A DNA stretch of 64,000 nt, from positions 491,908,001 through 491,972,000 of the forward strand of contig NC_067398.1 in NCBI RefSeq assembly GCF_016432865.1, written 5' to 3'. The DNA comes from Antechinus flavipes (taxonomy: Eukaryota). A model generated the notes under the pieces. It was given only the letters and a program-made list of their open reading frames with translations, did not search any database and was not told where the DNA came from. The position numbers were made by a program, and so were the translations under genes. Positions 38,135-51,347 of this stretch are shown here, one piece after another; the first letter of the stretch is position 1; the number at the start of each line of letters is the position of its first letter.

Positions 38135-38650
38135 AAACTGGAGAGTTTTTTTTCTCTTAATAGTATTTTGTTTTTCCAAACATGCAAAGATAATTTTCCA
38201 CATTCACCTTTGCAAAACCGTGTTTTCCAAATTTTTCTCCCTCTCTTCCCCTCTATCCTCTTCCCAGAACAGCAAGTAATCTGATATAGGTTAAACATAT
38301 ACAATTCTTCTAAACATATTTTCATATTTTTGATTTTGTGCAAGAATAATCAGATCAAAAAGGGAAAAAACACTAGAAAGGAAAAAAAAACAAGCAAATA
38401 CAAAAAAAAGTGGAAATAATATGCTTTGATCCAAATTTAGTCTCCATAATTCTCTCTCTGGATGTGGATGGTACTTTCTACAAAAGTCTATTGGAATTGG
38501 CTTGAATCATCTCATATTGAAAAAAGAGCCAAGTTCATCACAGTTCCTCATCACATAATCTTGTTGCTATGTACAATGTTCTCTTGGTTCTACTCAGTTC
38601 ACTTAACATCAGTTCATGTAAGTCATTCCAGGTTTTTCTGAAATCAGCCT
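38135..38650 (-). mobile_element. Marsupial L1 3' end
   Basis: T-rich tail then ttttccacattcacctttgcaaaacc...ttggttctactcagttcact; ORF 38538 resembles the L1 ORF2 C-terminus (WNDLHELMLSE). Confidence 0.8.
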
Positions 38651-38874
38651 GTGGAGAGCTTTTTTTCCTTCCTAATTTGGGGAAAGAAAGAGAGACAGAG
38701 ACAGACAAACAGATAGATACATACACATAAATGCAGAGAGACAAAGAAAGAGATCATTTCTAGGGAGCAGTGTCATCTTCCTAAATCTGTTCCTATAAGC
38801 ACCACACTCTGGCCACACAGCCTCTTCTCCTATCCTGTATTAAGTTTATCAATAACCATAATAGGGAACTCAGT

Positions 38875-39090
38875 AATATCATTTCTTAACCTAGTAATCT
38901 TAACCTAGAGTCCATGAATTTGTGTGTGTGTTAAAAGATTTTGTAAATGCATTTTAATGTAATTGGAGTTTCTTTTACAATCATATCTATTTTATGTGCA
39001 AATTGTTATTAATATTATAATGAGAATGGGATCTATAGGGATTCACTAGACTACCAATGGATCTACCACCACAAATCTGGAACCCTAGTT
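38875..39090. mobile_element. MER5-like hAT-Charlie relic
   Basis: gagtccatgaa...gagaatgggatctataggattcactagactaccaatggatc...ggaacccta. Confidence 0.55.
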
Positions 39091-39665
39091 TTAATTTTGG
39101 CACCAGAAAAGAGGATGCACAAGAATTTTGAACTTCTTTCATCATTCTCTTCCAGCATCTCTCTTCCAGAATTTTTCACAGAAATAGTTCCACAATCACC
39201 AGTTCCTCGACATCCTCCAAGTTGATTGATTCTGGGAGAGCATTTGCAAAGACAATGTCAGGTTAAAATATAGTATAGAATCTAGATGGTACAAAAGAAA
39301 GCTTGCTGACAAGTCAGGAATTCAGGAAGATCTGTATTCAAATCCAGTCTCAAATACTTAGTAGCTGTGTGACCTTGGGCACTGATGATGAGGTAGTCTG
39401 TTTGATAATTAAGATTGCCTAACAATTGCCCAAGATCATGTAGGTAGTGAGAAGTGATTTGAACCCAGAAATTCACTGTCCCCCTAAAGAACCCTGTTAA
39501 GTTTCAAGTGTTAGTAGGATATCTAAACATAGGTATCCTATGGTAAGGGATGTGAAGGAAAATACAAAGGAAATATGATCTCATCCATACTAATCTCCTT
39601 ATATTGTAATTAAGGAATCTAGGAAGAAAAAGATTACCCAAATCAATGGCAGAATTATGGTTAGA

Positions 39666-39807
39666 GGGGCAGCAAGGTGGTGCAGTGGATAGAGCATCAG
39701 CCCTGAAGTCAGGTGGACCTGAGTTCAAATCTGAATTCAGACACTTAACATTTCCTAGCTGTGGGACCCTGGGCAAGTCACGTAACCCCAACTGACTCAG
39801 AAAAAAA
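39666..39807 (+). mobile_element. WSINE1-type CORE-SINE
   Basis: ggggcagcaaggtggtgcagtggatagagc...gagttcaaatc...; A-tail; TSD agaattatggttaga/agaactatgggtaga. Confidence 0.85.
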
Positions 39808-41529
39808 AGAACTATGGGTAGAGCCCAGATTAGTGATTTGTCCATTGCTGAATCTAATAGTTGGCAATATCCAATCTAGAACCATATTTTTAAACATTTC
39901 ACATTGGAAAATAACAACAAAAACAAATATCACATCAAAGAAATATAATGACCTAACTCCTATTCAGCTAAAGTGTTGAATGAATATTTTTATTATCATC
40001 ACTGTGAAATTAGAAATAGAAGCTATAGAATGCTACATGAATTATATCGAACTTTTTCCAAAATGTTAAGACTGGGCCTTATAGACTGCAGGTGGGGTTC
40101 ATATTGATTTTCTAAAGTCAATTGCCATCCAATTTTGAAAACTTAACAGAGGATTATGATTCAAGTGGATGCTAAAATTTCCCCTTTACTCTAAAGTTGT
40201 GTCCTCAAGTGAAAGCAGAGTGAAAATTCTTGTATCCATTCCAATTCAATTCCATTTAATTTAGGAAATATTTATTAAGTCTCTTCTTGTGAAAGCACTA
40301 TGAAAGCTAGGAGATTGAATACAAAGATAAAAATAAAGTTACTGAGATGATACATAGACAAGTAAATATAAAGTATATACAAAGTAATACATAATAATTT
40401 CAAGAGAGAGAAGGGAGACAGAGAGAGATAGAAAGATAGATGGAGAGAGAGAAAGACAGAGAAAGAGGAAGAGGGGGAGAGAGAGAAAGGAAGAGGGAGA
40501 AAGGAAGAGACAGAGAGAATGTATATTAATAGATATGAATTTTTGGCCAATTTAAAATAAATTTCTTTGACTGCTATTGATCTTTAATGATGCCTTTTTT
40601 CTCCCCCTTTCTTTCTATTTATTTCAGATCTGAACAGTCATCATGAATTGCTTTTTTTTTTAATATTTAAGTGCCCATAATTACATTAATTGTTTCCATG
40701 ACATGTAAAGATATGAGGATAATAGTAAGCTATTCTAATTCTTATGAATAACTGGTAAAGGAATGCAATCTTAGTATTGAAGGCATGTCAACGATAGAAG
40801 GACAATCAATAAGTTCTGAATTAATCATGAATTTTAATTATAACATCTGTTTTAGAATCTTCCCCCATCTCCCTTTCCTGCCCTAGACTATAATAAACTT
40901 CATGAGGGCAGGGACTCTGTCATTTTTCCCACCATTTAGTACATGGGTTGGCAAACAACAAAATTTTAATAATCATTTATTTGAGTGAATACATATCCCA
41001 AAATTATTTAAATAGCTTTCTAATTTTCTTAAAGCACTGTCCTAATTAAAGATTATACCTCCCAAAGAGTTAAGTGATAGTGCTTTTGATTTACTTTATT
41101 GAATTTCCAGTTACAGAGTATTTCTTTCTCTTCATTGAAAAATAAGCTTTTTCTTGGATAACTAAGAGAAAGCACATTTCTGAGATGAACAATAACTTAA
41201 CTGACAACTCTCCTAATTACCACTAATAAGATATTTCATATAGGAAAAGAAGTTTAAGAAAAACAAACACAACATCAGACAAATGTAACCACCCAACTCC
41301 CATATGACTAAAGCAATAGATGGACATTTTACAATCACTATGAGATTACAAACAGAAGTTAACATGCTGTAGGTTATTACATGGATTCTGTTGGATTCTC
41401 TCCAAAATGTGTAGGCTGGGCCTAAGAGACTGTGGGTGGTGTTCACATTGTTCTTACTTGAGTGGATAATGTAAGATTAGCTTTGGGATTTTACTGTTGA
41501 AAATAAAATTTTCATTTTGGGTTGGACTA

Positions 41530-41880
41530 CTCTATCAATCACCCTATTTTTCTCCTTCCTTTCACCACCAAATTTAAAAGAATAGACTCCACTTGCTACT
41601 TCCATTTCTTTACCATCCAATCTTCAATTTCTTGTAATCTGGATTCTGTCTCTACCATTTTACTGCAATTTCTCCCTCAAAGGTCAGTGATGACCACCTA
41701 GATTCCAAATCCATTTACCTTTCCACAGTATTTCTTCTCTTTAATGTCCTGACATCATTTTCTGGCTTTGCTGTTCTCTACACAGTATTCTATCTTCTTT
41801 CTCTGTGACCTTGTACAGGCTCTCTCCCCTAAGCCTGGAATTTTCACTCTGCTCTCACTTGAGGACACAACTTTAGAGTA
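41530..41880 (+). mobile_element. L2 fragment
   Basis: ctggattctgtctctaccattttactgcaatttctccctcaaaggtcagtgatgacc is L2 ORF2-like. Confidence 0.6.
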
Positions 41881-41990
41881 AAGGGGAAATTTTAGCATCC
41901 ACTTGAATCATAATCTTCTTCTAAGTTTTCAAAATTGGATGGCAATTGATTTTAGAAAATCAACTTCTTTCTTTAAGAATCACCAGTTCT

Positions 41991-42107
41991 GGTGGAGGGA
42001 AGGGAGGGAAAAATTTGGGGCACAAGGTTTTGCAAGGATGACTGTTGAAAATTATCCATGCATATGTTTTGAAAATAAAAAACTTTAACTCATTAAATTA
42101 AAAAAAA
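41991..42107 (+). mobile_element. Extremely 5'-truncated L1 (3' tail only)
   Basis: G-tract, ttttgcaagg, AATAAA and poly-A; 13-bp TSD aatcaccagttct at 41978 and 42108. Confidence 0.85.
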
Positions 42108-42295
42108 AATCACCAGTTCTCTGGAAGCTCAGTCTGGAAGCACCATGAGGTTTTTCTTGATTGTTCCTGCTATTAGTGTTTCCCCTTTAAATTACTTTGC
42201 ATTTATTTTGAAGGTATTTTGTATATCATTATATTTATATATGTTGTCTCCCCTAATAGAATGTAAGTTCTCTGAAGGCAGAGACTGTCTCATTT

Positions 42296-43200
42296 ATTTA
42301 TTTATTTATTTTTTATTTCAATAGCTTTTTTATTTACAGGTTATATGTATGGGTAACTTTACAGCATTGACAATTGCCAAACCTCTTGTTCCAATTTTTC
42401 CCCTTCTTCCTCCCACCCCCTCCCCAGATGGCAGGATGACCAGTAGATGTTAAATATATTAAAATATAAATTAGATACAAAATAAGTATACATGTCCAAA
42501 CCATTATTTTGCTGTACAAAAAGAATCAGACTCTGAAATATTGTACAATTATCCTGTGAAGGAAAGCAAAAATGCAGGTGTGCGAAAATATAAGGATTGG
42601 GAATTCTATGTAATGATTCTTAGTCATCTCCCAGAGCTCTTTCGCTGGGTGTAGCTGGTTCAGTTCATTCCTGCTCCATTGGAACTGATTTGGTTCATCT
42701 CATTGCTGAGGATGGCTAGGTCCAGCAGAATTGGTCATCATATAGTATTGCTGTTGAAGTATATAATGATCTCCTGGCCCTGCTCGTTTCACTCAGCATC
42801 AGTTCATGTCTCTCCAGGCCTTTCTGAAATCATCTTGTTGATCATTTCTTACAGAACAATGATATTCCATAACATTCATATACTACAACGTATTCAGCTA
42901 TTCTCCAATTGATGGGCATCCACTCAGTTTCCAGTTTCTGGCCACTACAAACAGGGCTGCTACAAACATTTGTGCACACACAGATCCCCCTCCCTTCTTT
43001 AAGGTCTCTTTGGGATATAAGCCCAGTAGTAACACTGCTGGATCAAAGGGCACACACAGTTCGACAACTTTTTGAACATAGTTCCAAATTGCTCTCCGGA
43101 ATGGTTGAATGCACTCACAATTCCACCAACAATGTATTAGTGTCCCTGTTTTCCCACATCCCCTCCAACACTCCGCATTATCCCTCCCTGTCATTCTAGC
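42296..43200 (-). mobile_element. 5'-truncated L1 inserted in an L2 tail
   Basis: ORF 42898 [16 protein letters not shown]...WKLSGCPSIGE; perfect 17-bp TSD cagagactgtctcattt (42279, 43201). Confidence 0.95.
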
Positions 43201-43269
43201 CAGAGACTGTCTCATTTTTGTCTGTATCCCCAATACCTAGTCCCTTGCTTGATACATCATAAGCTCCTA

Positions 43270-44330
43270 ATACCTGATTATTGATTGATTGACCACATAT
43301 ACTCTTGTAAATCTCCTTCCCTTAGTCTGTGTGACATCATATTATTCTTTTTCTCTCCTCACTTTTCAGACCATTCTATTTCTGTTTCTTTCACTGGTTA
43401 CTCTTTTTCCTCTCACTCCACAAATATGGACATTTTCCCAAAGTTTTCTTTTTATTCTTTTGCTTTTCTCTTTTTACATTATACTCTGGTAATTTCCTCT
43501 ATTCCTATAGTTTCAACTATAATTTTTATTTAGATGTCTCCCAAATGCATCTCTCTAGTTCCATCTTCTTTATCAAGCTCCAATTCAACATTTCTTCATA
43601 CCTGCCAGATGTTTCCCCCCTGATATTCCATACTATGTCTCACATTTAATCCATTTGAAACTGCAATCATTTTCCTCCTCCTATACACGCTTCTTTCTGA
43701 CTATCCTATTTCTTGTAATAGTATCATTATTACTCTAGTCATCCAGGTTTAAAACCTCTGAGTCAAATTTAATTCCTTCCTCTTCCTTGCCTCTTGGCAT
43801 CCAATGAGGCAAGAATTCCTGTTACTTTTTCCTTCACAACCTTTCTAAAATTTCTCCTCTGAATCCCTACTGTCAACAACTTGTTCAGGTCCTCATCCTT
43901 AGCTTCATTTTAGTTCAACTCTTTCTAATAAAAGCCTTCTTCAATAAAAGCTATTATATTTAAGTGACTGTTCAGTACTAGGGATGAAAAAAGAATGAAA
44001 TAGTCATTGCTCTTGAAGTAGCTTACAATTAACTTGAGGGGGCAGGGGGGGACTGTACAAAATATACAAAGATAAGTAAATTAAAGGTAATTTGAAGAGA
44101 TAGAGAATATAATAATTACACAGATGGGGGAAGGCTTTATAGAAAAAGTAGCCCCTGAAGGAGAATCAGGATGCAGAAAGATGGAGATGAAGAGGGAGCA
44201 TATTTCAGGCATGAGGGATGGTTTATACATGAGAACAGAGGTTCAAGATGCAAATGTCAAGGTCAGGAGCCATCTAGTAGTCCAGTGAGGGGGAAAAACA
44301 TGAAAGGAGAATGGGAAGCTTCTAATTTAT
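43270..44330. mobile_element. L2 fragments
   Basis: tatactctggtaatttc...tttagatgtctcccaaat...atccaggttaaaacc, plus a reverse tail-side fragment from 43920. Confidence 0.6.
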
Positions 44331-44724
44331 CTGCAAAGATTATCTGCTTTTGCTAGTATATTTTGTATGAATCATTTGAAACATTTATTATGTTTCATGA
44401 TATCCAGTTAAATCATCCAAAACAAACAGTATTCTTTTCTCACCATCAAGAACAGTATTTAGTTTCTTCTCAGTTTGATGTCAATAATTAAGGTTCTATT
44501 TAAGGTTCAACGTAACTACTACTGTGTTCTTTCCTCATTTTTTTAATTGTTAATGACATCCCAAATTACTTTTATTTATTTTCTGTGCATTTATGTATAT
44601 TCTGTATTTAACTCTATGCATATTATTTTCTTGCCTAGAAGACTATAAGCTCCTTTAAGATAATAACTTCATTTTTTTTGGTTTTGTATTCCTAATCAGC
44701 CATATCATACTTATTTAAGAAAGG

Positions 44725-45230
44725 CTTTTAAAAATAATTCAATTTTATTTTATTTTCAGTTCCAAATTCATTCCTTCTGACCTTTTTCCTCTGAGATCTA
44801 TTGGGAAAACAGGAAAAACAAAATCCATTACAAATATTTATAATCAAGCAAAATATATTCTTGTATTGCTCATCACTCTTGAGGCTTCTCCCCCCATTCC
44901 TTTTCCCTCCCAATATTCTTTAATTTATACTCTAAGCCTATTACTTTTCTATTTAAGATGGATAACATGCTTCATCATTAGCTTTCTAGAACTGTGGTTG
45001 GTTCCATTGTGCTGATGAGAGTTCCTAAGACTTTCAAAGTTGTTTCTTTTGATGATATTGTTCCTGTATAAATTGTTTTCCTGGCTCTGCTCACTTCATT
45101 TTGCATCAGTTCATATAAGTCTTCCCAAATTTTTCTAAAACCATCCTAGGCATCATTTCTTACAGCACAACAGCATTCCATCACACACATATATTGTAAT
45201 TTCTTTAGCCATTCCCCATTTGATGGTTAT
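44725..45230 (-). mobile_element. Older L1-type 3' fragment
   Basis: ttttcagttccaaattc...ctggctctgctcacttcattttgcatcagttcatataagtc. Confidence 0.65.
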
Positions 45231-45494
45231 TCCAGTTAATTAAGAAATAGTTGTTCAATTTAATTAACAGCCTTTCCTTCCTTTAAGGTCTAAGTTAGAC
45301 TCTATCTTTTCAATGAAGCCTTCCTTGAACCACCAATGAAATAAGTCTCCATCCCCTCCATCTCCCTTCCTTTCTACCCCAATACTCTGTGTACCTTGTC
45401 TGGAAATATTCCTTGCTCTTCTTTTGACTATAAGAATATAACAAAGAAAGAATTGCGCTGTCTAACTGACCAGTGGGGCAGTTCCACTCACAGA

Positions 45495-45685
45495 GGTTGT
45501 TGTTTTTCTTTTGTTCTCAAAGTAGGCTATGACTTTAGGGAGGTGATGCTGTGATATGCAAGTGAATTGGATTTAAGGGAGGGTAGGCTATACAAAGTCA
45601 TCAGCCTTATTTTCTCTTCCAGAGACATCTGGATCCAATGGTAAGCTATAGATCAGGACAAATTGAGGTGGCCCTCAATGGGGGA
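45495..45685 (+). mobile_element. RTE-related SINE (WALLSI-type)
   Basis: gttgttg...ttctcaaag...gcaagtgaattggatttaag...caaagtcatcagcc...ccagagacatctgg. Confidence 0.6.
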
Positions 45686-48600
45686 AGACAACAATCAAAA
45701 AGAAACTGAAAGGGTAGTGGGGCATGGTAGTAAGGAGAGTCAAAGACCATGAGATAGCATGGTGTCTTAAACAGAATTGTGGAATTAGAGTTAGGGGACT
45801 GTGTTTAAATCTTGGCTCTACACCTTACTGAGCTTAACCTGTGTGACCTTGGATAGATCACCCCATGCCTTTGATATTCATTTTTTCCAATCATCAAATG
45901 TGTGGGGAGTTGGCTTAGTTGTCCTCAATAATCCCATTATATCTATTATCTTACTTCTTTATAATGGAAGATAACATCTTTAGAGCACTTTACTATTTTA
46001 GAAAATCATATAAGGCAAATAATGTTGGCATCTTCTTTTTACAGATGCGGAAACTAAGACTCAGAGAAGTTAGTAATTTGCCTATAGCCACATAATGTTG
46101 GAGGGAAGACTTGAACTTAAGTCACCTAACTACAAAATTAAGAAGTACCTGAAATATATCCAGAGACTAGTTTTGTCATCTAAATAAGGCATTACTTTGA
46201 TTTTACTATCTTTCCTATTGATTTTACTTTGCTTTCTGCTTTCATCATGTTTGGGAATCATAGGATAATTTGGGGATTTGCTATTTTTAATTTTCAAAGA
46301 GTTTTTTTTAATTGAACCCTGTTTTCAGATGACATTTTCTGAAATTCTCCAGTTCATTTTTTTCCCTTTTCTTTTGTACACATAGGGAAGGCTGCAAGGG
46401 AAAAAAAAGAAGAGGAGGTAATTATAAAAAATAAAACAAGACTGCTCTTGTAGATCTGAAAGTTCGAATTGTTTGATACTCTTGTGTCCTTCCCAGATGT
46501 CAATTTTCTCCCACAAGCTCTTGATTTTATTTTCTGTAACACTTGATATACTCTTGCAAACTCTTACTATTGCTTCTTAGACCTTAGCTTCTTAACTAAA
46601 GCCATTTATTGATATACTACTTTTTTCAGTGAAGTAGCAAATCAATAAATTAAAGATTAGTTCAGTATGTCAGCTTTCCCTAAGCATTCTGGGAATCATT
46701 TGCTATTTTGTATGGCTGTGGAGGCCAGGTGGCAGCCTCACATAGCAGAGATAATAACTCAAAAAAGACCTGAACTCTGATTCAATGTTTTTTTCCCATT
46801 AAAAAAAATTCTGGAAGTCACTTCCCATATTAATTTTTGAATTGCAAACATTACTAGCTAAGAAAACAAGTCTAGTATTACCTTGACATCAGCTAGCAAT
46901 TATTAGTTTAGTAAAATCTTGAGACTATCCTTTATAGGAATCCAATATGCTAAAGGGGTTCTGGTTATTCAGAGAAATAAATGATTCGTTCATCACACAA
47001 AACAAGCTCTGTTCAGTGCATTGCTTGATATATCCTGTAATTCTGACCCACGTGGCCAGATGCCTTCTTCTAGTATCCTATTTATATAACTATGTGGGTT
47101 GGCTATATTAGTACGACACTGGATTCCATCAATCTTATCTCTTGGAATCGGTACAGTCTATTTACTCTAATATTATTCTGCTAGCTCCTGCTAGCTTTTA
47201 CATGGGTTTTCATTCCTCTGAGGTCCGTTCAGGGATCTGAGCTGTTTACTCTTTAGATCTTTTCCTTAGTATCACAATCATTGTAGAATACTCTTCCCTC
47301 AACTGAGAGTTTTACAATTCAAAACCTCATTACATTTTATAGACCCACATTTGGAATCTCTATCCCCAACTGTTTGAAATTGCCTTTATTTTTACTTAAG
47401 AGCATTTAGATATCTGATCAAAAACATTATGAGTGGATGAAAGAGAACAGATCAGCGACACAGAGAGGGGAAGCAGTAACCACATTAGAATAGTGTTAGA
47501 TTTTGAACAGTCAAGTCGAGGCTTTGCCCTACAGGTTTAAGAAAAGCTTTGTGGGAGTGGTGTTTATTCCAAATTGTGTTTCACATTTCCTTCAATTCAA
47601 GAGCTTAATTTGCTATAGAAAAAAATGGTCAAAATGAATTAATTTGCAACTGTGCTTATGACTGACTCTTGAAATTTCTATTTCAGAAAACACAAAGGCA
47701 ATACAAAATTAGAGGAAATCGGAAGGCAAAAGGCATCAGCAAGACCCAACTCCAGTTCCACCAAAGTCCTCATAAGCATTTCTATTAACAGAGAGAAATT
47801 AACATTTGCAAAGGAATTCCTGCAAATTACTAATGTGTGATGTGTGTGTGTTTGCAGAACCTGTGGGGTGAAAAAACAACTATCTTTATGCAAAAGGCAT
47901 GAAAACAGAATTAATAATCCATATAATTTCCTCCTACCACCCAAAGATTTACCTAAACATTTTTTAAAAAGCAAAATCTTCTCGGTTGGTAAAATAAATG
48001 GTAGAATTCAGTCTTATACTACACTGACTCCCTGGTCCCTTTAGTATTTTTGAATATGGATCTCTAGAACCTAATGGTGGCTGGTAAACAGTGGGCACTT
48101 AATATGTGCTTGTTGATTCTCTGTTTGATTAAATGCAACTTTAAATTTCTTTAAACTAATACTTGCCCTCACTCTCCAACGCCAAGGTGTCAGTGGAAAG
48201 AGCTGGCTGGGTCTTAGTGAGGGCTGTGTTGAGGGAGTGGGGCAAGGATGGTGATTGAATTTTCCCCTGCCGTGTTTTCTGGCCCAGCTCCTCAGCACCT
48301 GTGTTATAAGAGCTGGAAGTAAACTTGACAGAGTACTGACCCATTTCAATATAGGGCAAAATGTAAAACAGGAAGCACAGAAATTGTGATAAAAATAATT
48401 TTTAGAAAATCTTTTTTATTTCCATTCTATGACATATAATTATTGAGCAACAAAGGCAAGTTGGCTGGCTAGTGCCATTTCCCCTCTTTTCTGCTCTGTA
48501 CTTGGTAAAAATACACTAGGTGCTTTCCTAAAAGGTCAGATGGGGTAAAAAGGCACCCCAAAGCCCCAGTTTAGTTCTTATGGTACTTAGTAGGCACATT

Positions 48601-49023
48601 ACACGGTGCACTTTTTGTAAGTGTCACGGTGAGCAAACTCCTCTATAAACTGCTTTGTGAGTTATGTCTTTGGGCCCTCCACTTTTTCCAGATACCTACT
48701 ATCAACTTTGGTTCATTTCACAGGCATTAGGATTCACTTTCTAGCTGTCAAAGCAAACAGGCTCTGTGATCATTCGGAGAGTTTTCAGGAGAGCCCTTCC
48801 TTCCCTCTACCTTTTCAATCTCATCCTTCACGATCTGTCTTTCTCATCAGTCAGCCTGGAAAAAGATCCTAAGGACTGTGAGAAAGACTTAGAAATAACC
48901 CTGATGATTCTAGATGGCTTTCTGACTTGGAGACTTCAAGACACACTAGCTACCTGAAATTTGACAGTTCTACATTAATAAAAATTAAATGTATTAAATC
49001 ATGCACCATCAAGTCAAAAACTC

Positions 49024-49164
49024 NNNNNNNNNNNNNNNNNNNNNNNNNNNNNNNNNNNNNNNNNNNNNNNNNNNNNNNNNNNNNNNNNNNNNNNNNNNNN
49101 NNNNNNNNNNNNNNNNNNNNNNNNNNNNNNNNNNNNNNNNNNNNNNNNNNNNNNNNNNNNNNNN
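49024..49164. other. Assembly gap (141 N)
   Basis: Run of N. Confidence 1.
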
Positions 49165-50109
49165 TCAGAATTTTTTTGCAATTTTAATTGATCCTTCGAT
49201 ATAATTCTCCTGTAACTGAGATGTCATCAGGATTTTGCCAGCCTAGCCAAGGGCAGCTGAACAGTAGCAGCTTTTCTTTTTTGACATCCTGATGAATATT
49301 TCTTTCACAGATTATCCCCTTTTGTCACCACTCTAGCCAAACTTTTAACCTGTCTTAATGAATATAGCAGGGAAATTTCTCCCAACCTTTAAAAAGTGCC
49401 ATCTACAAAAAGTACAGATCCTAATAAGACAATCCTGCAAGCTCAGGATGAGGAGAACAAGAAACCACTGGCCCCTTTAAATCAACACTTTCAGGTGCAT
49501 CTGCAATGGCTCCACAACAATGGAGTTCATTTCACAATGAGTTCATTTAAAAATACCATCCCAGCTTGTCCTTCCATTCACTATGGATGGTGCTTGTCAT
49601 CACTTAGTAGCTGGACACCTGTGTTTCATTTCTCACAATCCTATTCATGATGGTAGTTTCCAATTCCTGCTTCCCTATCTGTCTTTTTATAGCACATTGA
49701 TATCCTGGGTGACTGGGGGATGGTGGATGCTAGGGGGTTGCGGAAACCAAAGATATTTAGCATTGTAACAGTAGGGCTCCATTATCTTCTGCCTCATGTG
49801 AAGTATTTTTTGGATCAAAAACTCTAATATGGCTTTTGGAAAACCTACATTTTCTATCCAAATACAACAATACAAACATCTCAGTGCTACAATTCTTCTT
49901 AACAACACAAAACATTCTAGCTAAGCACAGGTGAGATGCTTTGTGTTGCCATACTGGCACTAAGTCATCAAGAAATATAGATTTGTCCATTCAACAAGTA
50001 TTTCAGAGTCTACTTATTAAATAATACTAATGATATTGCATAATACCCAACAGCCTGCAGAAAGACTTCTGCTGAGAAGATCTTCAAGTATCTCAATTTC
50101 AACATATTT

Positions 50110-50870
50110 AAAATTAAGTGGTATACAGGAATAGGTTGGTGATAGTAAAGCTATATTCCACCCTGGTTAGATTTAACCAGGAACCTTATTTTTAGTTCTG
50201 GGTACTACATTTTAGGAGGAATATTGATAATTTAGGGACAATTCAGAGAAGAGATATTGGGATAGTGAAGGGGCTTGAGTTTATGTTATGTGAAGATGAA
50301 TTGAAGGGACCAAGGACAAGGGGAACATGATGGTAGTTTGTAAGTATTTGAAGGGACATCACAGGGGAGAGAAATTTATGAAAAAAGAATTAAACTTGTT
50401 TTCCTTCACCCCAGAAAGTAGATGTAGTAGCAATGAGTAGAAATTGTAAACAGGTATATTAAGTTTTGAGATGAAAATCTTCTGTATTACTTTTGTTGAG
50501 TTATTTTTCAGCTGTATCTCACTCTTTATGAGCCCTTTTGGGGTTTTCTTTAGCAAAGATACTAGAGTGGTTTGCCATTTCCCTCTCCATCTCATTTTAC
50601 AGATGAGGAAACTGAGGCAAACAAGGATAAGTGAAATAGCTAGTGAGTAAAGCTAGCTTTGAACTCAGATTTCCCCAACTCTAGGTACAGTGCTCTATCC
50701 ATGATACTACTTGGCTGCCCTTGTACTATTACAACTATCCCATAGGGGTATGGGAATGCTTGGGGAGGAAAGGAGTTCTCTGTCATGAAAGGTCTTCAAG
50801 AAAGAATTTTGGATGCTGTACAAAGAAATTTTGTTCTAATACATATGAAACTAGATGCATCTGAGGTCCC
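50110..50870 (+). mobile_element. L3/CR1 3' region interrupted by an antisense MAR1 (~50480-50720)
   Basis: ttctgggtactacattttaggagg...ttcagagaagag...aagtatttgaaggg; MAR1 gcaaagatactagagtggtttgccatttcc. Confidence 0.75.
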
Positions 50871-51164
50871 TTTTATTATGAAATTCTGTGATTTGTCATC
50901 AAACCAGTTCATTTTCCTTCTTATTTCTCTTTTTGTTTAGAGGATTCCATTATTCTCCTGGTCAGTCAGGTAAAAAACTTTGGGTTATCTTTTGTTTTTT
51001 ACTTATTATCTTACTTCTTTTCCCTTTCTCTCTGCCCTCATATCCTTCATATCCTCATATCATATCCAATGCAGGAAAGCCCTTTCAATTTTTCTTTATA
51101 ACCTCTCTCACATACAGATCTTCTTTATTCCTTCTAGTATCAGTATTTTCCTATATAGCTTATT

Positions 51165-51211
<47 letters not shown>

Positions 51212-51347
51212 TGAGGCAATCAGGATTAAGTGATTTGTCTAGGATTACACTACTAGGAAGTGCTAAATGTCCAAGGCTGAATTAGAACTCAGGTCCTCCT
51301 GACTCCAGAGTCAGTGCTCTTTCTACTGCACCATCTATCTACCCCTC
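51165..51347 (-). mobile_element. WSINE1-type SINE with 45-nt poly-A tail
   Basis: T45 (51166-51210) then gtgaggcaat...gaactcaggtcctcctgactcc...cccc; TSD agcttatt. Confidence 0.85.

Noticed and set aside
40590-40660. Strong + strand splice acceptor (ttcag|ATCTGAAC at 40628); a similar one at 49311
   Set aside because: No recognisable coding frame or matching donor; cannot be supported as exons without transcript data.
48927-49204. ORFs spanning 49024-49164
   Set aside because: Open only because of the N gap.
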